Shown here piece after piece: positions 44,685-50,509 of a DNA stretch of 50,613 nt (positions within the stretch are counted from its first letter, which is position 1; each line of letters opens with the position of its first letter). Below the pieces are notes generated by a model. It was not told the origin of the DNA and made no database searches. It saw only the letters and a program-made list of their open reading frames with translations. The translations under genes and the position numbers were made by a program. Source of the stretch: a virus. The stretch lies in IMG/VR virus record IMGVR_UViG_3300045993_000450; one strand, written 5' to 3'.

Positions 44685-45326
44685 TTATCTATCTACCCAC
44701 TGCGATGTGTCTATGCGTAGTGTCAACCCTCTTTGCCAATCCCCCGACCCCAGGCACTCCTCGAGGGCCGTCATCTCCTCGCTTGACACAGTCTTTGTCA
44801 GTATGTCAAGCCCCCTCACTATCCTCAGCCACTGCATGACCTGATGTCGATTCGCACTCACCATGTCACGCAACGACCCATGCCCGTCGTCCCTTATCAC
44901 CTCGGCCGCACTAGTGAGCCTCCGATAAACCCTTGCAGGGGTGCTAGTACACAGGAACGACGCCCGAGCACGCCCGTGCTTATCGAATTCAGTGGCCCTC
45001 AGCGGATACAGAAGGTCTCTCTCACTTTCGAGGGCATCGAAATTAGGCATGAGGTCTCTTGTAAAACCCCGCAAGTATTCCGGGAGCGCAAAGCGAAGCA
45101 CAACTCGTGATCGGGTACGATACGCCCTAGATATATCCTGGCCAGGAACGAAGTCCGGAGGATTTCCGCGAGCAATGTGTTCAATGAAATCCTCGAGGAT
45201 TGGGTACGTAGTATACATGGAACCCACAGTGGAGTCGAGCGCAGAAACAGTACCGGGGAATGCCAAGGGCGAACAAAAAAGTCTTGCGATCAAGATCTCG
45301 ATGATCTTTGGGGGCGAATTATTCAT
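44685..45326 (-). CDS. Hypothetical early protein (stand-alone unit, first leftward gene)
   Basis: 213-aa Arg-rich ORF with no recognisable motif. TATAAT lies 5 nt upstream of its ATG. Confidence 0.55.
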   Translation of the reverse strand: MNNSPPKIIEILIARLFCSPLAFPGTVSALDSTVGSMYTTYPILEDFIEHIARGNPPDFVPGQDISRAYRTRSRVVLRFALPEYLRGFTRDLMPNFDALESERDLLYPLRATEFDKHGRARASFLCTSTPARVYRRLTSAAEVIRDDGHGSLRDMVSANRHQVMQWLRIVRGLDILTKTVSSEEMTALEECLGSGDWQRGLTLRIDTSQWVDR

Positions 45327-45331
45327 GGACT

Positions 45332-45383
45332 ATTATAACATACGTGAAGGGCGCAGGTGGGGCTATATTCTAGGGGCCCATGC
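45332..45383 (-). promoter_or_regulatory. S-type promoter candidate (- strand GCATGGGCCCC, TATAAT = complement of 45332..45337)
   Basis: The core ends 37 nt upstream of TATAAT. The hexamer is 5 nt from ATG 45326. Confidence 0.45.
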
Positions 45384-45569
45384 TTTGGGAACTACCAATG
45401 ATGTTTTTTATGTTTAGTTTGGACTGATGTAAAAGTTTAATTGAAAAAAGGGAAAAGGGAAGAATGCACTTTGACCCAGGCCCATCGGCCCATGCTACCA
45501 ACTTACACAGTAGTGCAACCTCGGTGACTGTGAACCCCGTAAGTTGTTGTTTTTATTAAAAATAATGGG

Positions 45570-45598
45570 TTTACTATATACTATACTATTGGTATAAT
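45570..45598 (+). promoter_or_regulatory. Sigma70-like promoter (TTTACT, 17-nt spacer, TATAAT)
   Basis: Read directly in the AT-rich divergent intergenic region. The only candidate in the window with both a plausible -35 and a perfect -10 at 17-nt spacing. Confidence 0.45.
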
Positions 45599-45621
45599 TG
45601 GATTGATAATAATAAAATCTA

Positions 45622-45684
45622 CTTTGCAATGTTTAATGAAAGGGGTTTAATGCATTATCAAAATAATAAATAAACATTGCAAAG
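45622..45684. repeat. Perfect 14-bp inverted repeat CTTTGCAATGTTTA ... TAAACATTGCAAAG (35-nt spacer)
   Basis: Read directly. Lies between the sigma70-like promoter and the S-type signal of the rightward early genes. Confidence 0.85.
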
Positions 45685-45743
45685 CTAAAATTTTAGTTCC
45701 AAAGTTGAACTTTTTTTATAGTAGTCCCATAAAATCTCTATGT

Positions 45744-45792
45744 TATGGACCTATGAATTTGGGCAACCTTACGACTACTTTGTAGAGTATAA
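45744..45792 (+). promoter_or_regulatory. S-type promoter candidate (TTATGGACC, TATAAT 45787..45792)
   Basis: The ATGGACC core ends 36 nt upstream of a perfect TATAAT. The RBS AAAGGA and ATG 45816 follow. Confidence 0.5.
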
Positions 45793-45815
45793 TTTGCTCT
45801 TTATAAAGGATTCTT

Positions 45816-46409
45816 ATGCGCAAGAGAAGTGAACAAATCGCAATGTATGCTTGGCACAGTGGGCAGGTCATTGATGGAGTATTTTCATTGGTCCCGGACG
45901 TAGATCACAAAACCTGTGTCTTTTGTCATCAGCCTGCGCCTTGTAGCCTTTACTATCCACCCATTGAGCGTGAGGCAGAGGCTCCTATAGACATTCCTAG
46001 GGCGAGAGTCCGAGTGTGTCAGAACCATTACGGGGCTGCATGGAAGCTAGCCAAGGCTCACGTATTCCCTTTGAGCATCGAGGAACTGTACGACAAGATC
46101 AGTAAGTCTCGTGCTATGGTTGTAAGGGACATCGTCACACTACCTCAGTGGACTTTAGATTTCACTGGCTCATCATTTGTATGGCGTGGTGCAGTGGTAC
46201 CTAAACGATACTATGAGATGTTCCAGAGATGGTTCAACATTGAGGGCCTCATGTATAAAGATGCAGATACACGACTCAGGAAGTCCGGAGAATTGAGATC
46301 TATCTTTGTTGACACGCCTGAAGAGCATTTGTTGACATTTGAACGGTACATCATGGAACCTGAGGAGGCCGCGGTGAGAAATGCGGCAATCCCTAAAGTT
46401 ACTTGGTAG
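45816..46409 (+). CDS. Hypothetical early protein (Cys-containing N-terminal domain, paralogue of 46528..46749)
   Basis: 197 aa. CVFCHQPAPCSLYYP...RVRVCQNHYGAAWK is shared with the next gene (RLFCEARAQETLYNP...RLRVCVYHYTGLVK). Confidence 0.6.
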   Translation: MRKRSEQIAMYAWHSGQVIDGVFSLVPDVDHKTCVFCHQPAPCSLYYPPIEREAEAPIDIPRARVRVCQNHYGAAWKLAKAHVFPLSIEELYDKISKSRAMVVRDIVTLPQWTLDFTGSSFVWRGAVVPKRYYEMFQRWFNIEGLMYKDADTRLRKSGELRSIFVDTPEEHLLTFERYIMEPEEAAVRNAAIPKVTW

Positions 46410-46450
46410 CATTGTTAGAACTTAAAGAACATACACAGAACATACCCTGA

Positions 46451-46524
46451 TGCGCTCTGAGTGAGCCACAAAGGATGGGCCTTATAGCTACTATCCACCC
46501 TCAAAAAGAGATGATCAGAGCGCA
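46451..46524 (+). repeat. E element copy E5 (short; TGCGCTCTGA ... GATCAGAGCGCA)
   Basis: 9-bp inverted arms GCGCTCTGA / TCAGAGCGC separated by 55 nt. It ends 3 nt before ATG 46528. Confidence 0.7.
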
Positions 46525-46527
46525 ACT

Positions 46528-46749
46528 ATGAACTACCCTGAAACATACAAAGCACGATGGACCTGGGTAAACGAGTCTAGCAAGAGACGCCTGTTTTGCG
46601 AAGCCAGAGCCCAAGAGACTCTGTATAATCCAAGACTAGATACAGATGAGCCGGGAGTACGATTGCGCGTCTGTGTCTATCATTATACAGGTCTAGTCAA
46701 GTCAGGACCCAAGAGTCTTGAAGAGTTGAAGATCGCGAATACGAGATAA
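46528..46749 (+). CDS. Hypothetical early protein (short paralogue of 45816..46409)
   Basis: 73 aa, with the shared motif noted for 45816..46409. Confidence 0.55.
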   Translation: MNYPETYKARWTWVNESSKRRLFCEARAQETLYNPRLDTDEPGVRLRVCVYHYTGLVKSGPKSLEELKIANTR

Positions 46750-46802
46750 ATATATTTACACGGGCCATGCGCCGGGCGACGTAAATAGTGTATAATACGA
46801 CT

Positions 46803-46952
46803 ATGAAACACTCATTTAACCATAAAGTCTCGTTGAAAGACGAATCCGTCCCATTCAGGATACTCGCGATGTTAGTAGCAGGGGCTATAGGCATGGTGCG
46901 TATCTATATGGCCATAATGTTACTAATTGTAACGAGGATCTTCCATGCATAA
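46803..46952 (+). CDS. Small hydrophobic protein (49 aa)
   Basis: MKHSFNHKVSLKDESVPFRILAMLVAGAIGMVRIYMAIMLLIVTRIFHA. Below the ORF-track cutoff, one predicted TM segment. Confidence 0.3.
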   Translation: MKHSFNHKVSLKDESVPFRILAMLVAGAIGMVRIYMAIMLLIVTRIFHA

Positions 46953-47061
46953 ACTTACTGGGCTAATCTTGATGGCCATGGCCGTTGTGGGCTTCGGGTG
47001 GTGGTACCTGTTTATCGGATGGGGCCTATTAGAACTGGGGGCCTGGTTCGATGATAAATGA
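46945..47061 (+). CDS. Small hydrophobic protein (38 aa)
   Basis: MHKLTGLILMAMAVVGFGWWYLFIGWGLLELGAWFDDK. Overlaps the previous small ORF by 8 nt. Confidence 0.3.
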   Translation: MHKLTGLILMAMAVVGFGWWYLFIGWGLLELGAWFDDK

Positions 47062-47062
47062 A

Positions 47063-47114
47063 TTCATGGGCCATCGATCGAGGGCGTGTACATTTCAATT
47101 TTTAGCTATATAAT
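47063..47114 (+). promoter_or_regulatory. S-type promoter candidate (TTCATGGGCCATCG, TATAAT 47109..47114)
   Basis: The core ends 36 nt upstream of a perfect TATAAT. Confidence 0.5.
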
Positions 47115-47165
47115 AACAACATGCAAGACAATCTTGCATATATCCTTAACAAACCGGAGAAAATC

Positions 47166-47675
47166 ATGAGTGAAGAGCAAGTTGTGGCAGTGGAAAAGAA
47201 AGTGAACCCTAACATCATCAACGGTCGTATGCCCGTGGCGGTGGTTGCGCAAGTTCGCTTCGGTAACAACAAGGGCGACGCCACTAAGGCGTTGGCTGAT
47301 TTGTATGGTACCACTGTAGGTAAGATCGATGACATCAAGAAAAACCGCAATTTCGCGTATGTTGATGCCACGTTCAAACCTACGGCTGCCCAGAAGGAAG
47401 AAGGTGTGGCATGGTTGCAACGTCATCCGAAGTATAGCGAAGGCGTTGTGGACGCGGTGATTACTGAATTGGAAACCACTGCTGAGGCATCGGACGAAGA
47501 AGCAACGGCTTTCGCAGCGATTCGCACCGCAGCTCGTGGTCAACCAACGACCACGAAAGAAGGTGCAGTAGCGGATGCTGGCGGTGGCAACCGTCGTGAA
47601 GCACGCAAGAGCAAGAAAGTCAAAGCCACTGCTGAGGTTGATGCAGGTTCGACGGCCGACGCGCTTCTGGCATAA
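47166..47675 (+). CDS. Hypothetical protein with strong expression signals (start at 47166 preferred over 47121)
   Basis: ATG 47166 is preceded by GGAGAAAATC. ATG 47121 lies only 6 nt after the TATAAT. The C-terminal third is Ala/Gly/Lys-rich. A strong terminator follows. Confidence 0.6.
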   Translation: MSEEQVVAVEKKVNPNIINGRMPVAVVAQVRFGNNKGDATKALADLYGTTVGKIDDIKKNRNFAYVDATFKPTAAQKEEGVAWLQRHPKYSEGVVDAVITELETTAEASDEEATAFAAIRTAARGQPTTTKEGAVADAGGGNRREARKSKKVKATAEVDAGSTADALLA

Positions 47676-47696
47676 ATCCTAATTCCAGGATCCATG

Positions 47697-47724
47697 AAAA
47701 TAAGTCCTTCGGGACTTATTTTTT
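47697..47724 (+). terminator. Rho-independent terminator (ATAAGTCC-TTCG-GGACTTAT followed by TTTTT)
   Basis: 8-bp stem, UUCG tetraloop and a T-run, 22 nt after the stop at 47675. Confidence 0.85.
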
Positions 47725-47747
47725 GCTTCAAAACCCCCAGAGGATAA

Positions 47748-47848
47748 CGGGTACCGGCATGTTTGCGTTTGATTCCCTGGAAAGGAATCCCAGATATCCT
47801 GAGGGGTTTCCGGGTACCGGCGCATGTGGCTTTGATTCCCTGGGAGGG
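47748..47848. repeat. Two copies of a 38-nt direct repeat (CGGGTACCGGC..ATGT..GC.TTTGATTCCCTGG.A.GG), 63 nt apart
   Basis: 47748..47785 and 47811..47848. By eye alignment with two small indels, about 32 identical positions. Confidence 0.8.
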
Positions 47849-48173
47849 TACCCACGCACGGATCCTCCAATGGAAGTGCTCTCTATGGTTGTCCCTCCTC
47901 TGTAGGAAGAGCACCATGGAGGGCTCCACGGACGTCGCACGTCGCGCGTGGTGGAGGATGCGTTTGGAAGCGCCCAATTGCGCTCCGGTCAGTCCGAAAT
48001 TTTAAGTGTATATTAGCCTACGTGCTACTTTTTTGCGCTGATGTGGCGTCGCGCGTCGTGCGAAGGAGGAAAATTCATGTTTTTGCATGAAAACGACATT
48101 GGAACGATCAAAATCGTCTCTGTCAGCGTCGAAAAATTTGTGCGATAGGCTAGCACGACGAATCAATTTCGGC

Positions 48174-48205
48174 GCGAAAAAAAGCGGCCGGAGCCGCTTT
48201 GTTTT
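48174..48205. terminator. Bidirectional intrinsic terminator (AAAGCGGC-CGGA-GCCGCTTT flanked by an A-run and a T-run)
   Basis: On the - strand the stem is followed by TTTTTTT immediately after the stop of 48204..48413. On the + strand it is followed by GTTTT. Confidence 0.8.
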
Positions 48206-48413
48206 AGTCTTCGATCATTTCATCGATGTCTCTATCGCTGCCACAATCGCCCCAATGCTCTTCGTACATTTTGCGTGGGCCCTCACGTGGGCCTATAAAC
48301 TCTACGTCCCATGGCTCGCCTTCCCTGGAGCCTATCCGGACTCCATGGTTAGCGAGTATGGATGCTTCAAATTCATCCTCTATGCAATGTGCCTCTAACA
48401 GAACGCGTGCCAT
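48204..48413 (-). CDS. Hypothetical acidic protein (69 aa)
   Basis: Start set at the internal Met (MARVLLEAH...) preceded by AAAGGAGCCCACC. The longer ORF-track start lacks an RBS. Confidence 0.55.
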   Translation of the reverse strand: MARVLLEAHCIEDEFEASILANHGVRIGSREGEPWDVEFIGPREGPRKMYEEHWGDCGSDRDIDEMIED

Positions 48414-48454
48414 GGTGGGCTCCTTTTGTTTAACATGAGAAATTCTACAGGAAA

Positions 48455-48557
48455 AATACGACGAATGCTGAAAAATAAATGTAACAAATGTAACGATGGG
48501 AATCACTCCAGTCAGCGCAAAAGAAAAGGTCGTATATAACTACGACCTTTCGATTCG
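48455..48557 (-). promoter_or_regulatory. Y element copy 1 (conserved upstream region of about 100 nt for a - strand unit)
   Basis: By eye, aligns at most positions with 49743..49845 (shared blocks TGCTGAAAA.TAAAT.GTAACAA, TCAGCGCAAAA, TCGTATATA). Confidence 0.55.
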
Positions 48558-48569
48558 GACTGACCTAGA

Positions 48570-48815
48570 CTAAACGAGTGGCCAGAGGTGCTTGAAAAAA
48601 GCACGTGTCGGCCAATACCCTTGAATTCCAGCGAAGGGCAACGCGAATCGGACAGCGCGGTAAGCTTCTTTGCACGATGCACCTCGGAGCGATTCAGCGT
48701 TAGCCTGGACGATCTTGTTGAATCGAGCTTTGCCTAGGTACGCCACGCATTCTTTGAGCGCTCTGGACTCATTCTCGTGCTTCGAACCATTGAATCTGAC
48801 TTCATAATGTGACAT
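48570..48815 (-). CDS. Hypothetical protein (81 aa)
   Basis: Start at MSHYEVRF..., 1 nt after the upstream stop. The longer ORF-track version overlaps 48817..49023. Confidence 0.5.
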   Translation of the reverse strand: MSHYEVRFNGSKHENESRALKECVAYLGKARFNKIVQANAESLRGASCKEAYRAVRFALPFAGIQGYWPTRAFFKHLWPLV

Positions 48816-48816
48816 T

Positions 48817-49023
48817 TTAGAACTCCATTTCGTAAGGTGAAAACCTGCCTTCTTCCACAATCGCGTTATCCACAACGATCGCGTACTTGTCATCCAAAAC
48901 CCATTCGTCGTAAGCGACGTGGCCTGAGAGCTTCGGACCATTTTCGGGACCACCAACGTCAATCCAGAAGTCCGGATGATGCGTTACTTGGTAGCCTAGC
49001 TTTTTGAGATCATCGATTGTCAC
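48817..49023 (-). CDS. Hypothetical protein (68 aa)
   Basis: GTG start preceded by TTAGGAGTGTAAC. Confidence 0.55.
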   Translation of the reverse strand: MTIDDLKKLGYQVTHHPDFWIDVGGPENGPKLSGHVAYDEWVLDDKYAIVVDNAIVEEGRFSPYEMEF

Positions 49024-49024
49024 G

Positions 49025-49129
49025 TTACACTCCTAAGTTGTTACGAATCCTCAGCCACACGTGATATGGGAGGGGCTTGGCATTATCCACAAGGCAATTT
49101 GCCACATGGTGAAAATAAGAATAGCTCAT
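49025..49129 (-). CDS. Small protein (34 aa, below the ORF-track cutoff)
   Basis: RBS AAAGGAGAAAACC then ATG. MSYSYFHHVANCLVDNAKPLPYHVWLRIRNNLGV. Its stop is 1 nt before the next GTG start. Confidence 0.35.
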   Translation of the reverse strand: MSYSYFHHVANCLVDNAKPLPYHVWLRIRNNLGV

Positions 49130-49192
49130 GGTTTTCTCCTTTGGTTGACGAAAAATCTTAATCAGGGGCACTCATAATGCCCCTTGTTAAGA

Positions 49193-49567
49193 TTATTCAG
49201 ACTTTGCAGCTGAAGTCATCTCTTTGTAAACTGGCTTGAACGTGAAGCCCTTACGTGCTGAGTAGATTTGCCCGTAAGACAAGCCAAGCAACTCAGCAGC
49301 TTCTTTGTGGCTGGAGCCCTTCAAGTCTCCAATCATCACCCTCCGTGCATCGTCCTCTGTCATGACCTTCTCAGAGGCAGGACCCCGGTTGCGGGAAGGT
49401 GTGACTTTTTGGTTATTGAGAATGATAATCATTTCATTGATTTTCTCACCCAGAACTTTCAGGGACAATTTGTCTTCCAAGTTCAAGGCTGCCAGAGTCT
49501 CAAGGCGGGTGGCAAGAACTTCAAGGGTTGAAGATTCTTGAGCCAGGGTTTCAGTAGTTGCATTCAT
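49193..49567 (-). CDS. Putative HTH DNA-binding protein / transcriptional regulator
   Basis: 124 aa. C-terminal SHKEAAELLGLSYGQIYSARKG looks like a helix-turn-helix, and the N-terminal half is coiled-coil-like. It is the first gene leftward of the repeat-rich region. Confidence 0.5.
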   Translation of the reverse strand: MNATTETLAQESSTLEVLATRLETLAALNLEDKLSLKVLGEKINEMIIILNNQKVTPSRNRGPASEKVMTEDDARRVMIGDLKGSSHKEAAELLGLSYGQIYSARKGFTFKPVYKEMTSAAKSE

Positions 49568-49742
49568 GATAAAGTCCTTTTGGTTTGGTTAATCAACCCG
49601 CCTTATTGCTTGTTGATAGGTGATATTCTACACGCAATATTGATGTGTGCTGACATTTAATTGATAAAAGTGTAATGATTTGTAACGAGATAGGTCCTAT
49701 AAGAATATAAGGATCCGGCTTATATGGGTGTGCGTGTACCAC

Positions 49743-49845
49743 AAAAACGATGTGAGTGCTGAAAATAAATCGTAACAATCTGTACAAATCATCTCAATCA
49801 GCGCAAAAAGTTGATCGTATATAGCATCGGAAAAGATTCGTTCGC
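49743..49845 (-). promoter_or_regulatory. Y element copy 2
   Basis: Homologous to 48455..48557. Lies upstream of the HTH-protein operon. Confidence 0.55.
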
Positions 49846-49949
49846 GCGATTGGGATGACATCAGTTTTCACGAACCCGGAATGCGCTCAATCAGCGCATC
49901 GTGCGAAGTGCGTAGGTATATGTGCAAAAGTCTTATGTGCTGACGTGGA

Positions 49950-50030
49950 TATATAAGCGTGTAACTTATATATCGCATCAGTGCGGTCTTATATAAGCGT
50001 GTAACTTATATGTCGTATATAAGCAATGTA
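49950..50030. repeat. 40-bp-spaced repeats of the palindromic motif TATATAAGCGTGTAACTTATAT (two full copies plus a partial third)
   Basis: Copies at 49950 and 49990, with a degenerate copy (TATATAAGCAATGTA) near 50016. TATAAG/CTTATA arms lie within each copy. Confidence 0.85.
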
Positions 50031-50053
50031 TTATGTATACTATAAACACTATA

Positions 50054-50183
50054 ATGTGACTAAAGGGTAACTGCATGACTAATCAGTATATATGTGACTA
50101 ATCAGTATATATGTGACTAATCAGTATATATGTGACTAATCAGTAGGTATGTGACTAATCGGTATTTATGTGACTATATAGAC
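50054..50183. repeat. Iteron-like tandem array, 19-bp period, 7 copies (consensus ATGTGACTAATCAGTATAT)
   Basis: Copies start at 50054, 50073, 50092, 50111, 50130, 50149 and 50168. The three central copies are identical and the outer ones are degenerate. Confidence 0.9.
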
Positions 50184-50184
50184 T

Positions 50185-50343
50185 AACTAATAACATGTTC
50201 GTATCTTTAATGTTATTAGTTCGCATATAATAACATGTTCGTAACTAATAACATGTTCGTATCTTTAATGTTATTAGTTTGCATATAATAACATGTTCGT
50301 AACTCTAAAGTTGTTAGTTTAGTTCTCGCTTATTGTTCGTAAC
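50185..50343. repeat. 58-bp tandem unit, about 2.7 copies, each holding the hairpin AACTAATAACAT-N12-ATGTTATTAGTT and extra TAATAACATGTTCGTA boxes
   Basis: Units start at 50185, 50243 and 50301 (the last is degenerate). Each has 12-bp perfect inverted arms. Confidence 0.9.
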
Positions 50344-50509
50344 TTTATTATCGATTTATAATTACGATTCGATCCTTCAGAGATCGTGCGTGGTGCGTCG
50401 CTCCAATGGACGCGATCATGGGGGCCATCGCCCCATCGCGCATCGACCCAGTTTCTGGGAAATTTTTTCAAATTTGAACTCGCTTTTATGGCAACGGGCG
50501 AGGTGATTG

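Noticed and set aside
47676-47696. S-box-like sequence on the - strand (TTCATGGATCCTGGAATTAGG) right after the stop of 47166..47675
   Set aside because: It would drive transcription antisense into the gene. No TATAAT lies 35-38 nt downstream on that strand, and it overlaps the approach to the terminator. Treated as a chance or degenerate copy, though antisense transcription is not excluded.
47725-48086. ORF-track ORFs 47540..47977 (-), 47679..47870 (-), 47723..47905 (+), 47728..47940 (-), 47763..48005 (+), and a possible tRNA near TTTGATTCCCTGG
   Set aside because: The ORFs overlap one another in several frames and lack ribosome-binding sites. They lie in a repeat-rich, GC-rich non-coding island, and one runs antisense into the 47166..47675 gene. 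I could not build a cloverleaf with an acceptor stem and a proper T-loop (GTTCRANYC) around the candidate.
48087-48398. 103-aa + strand ORF
   Set aside because: It is antisense to the better-supported 48204..48413 gene (good RBS, terminator directly downstream). It also runs through the bidirectional terminator at 48174..48205 and has no RBS.
50054-50183. Possible CRISPR array (also considered for 1..104 and 50510..50613)
   Set aside because: The repeats are strictly head-to-tail with a period equal to the repeat length (19 or 20 bp) and there are no unique spacers. No cas genes are present, apart from a stand-alone Cas4-like nuclease typical of phage replication modules.
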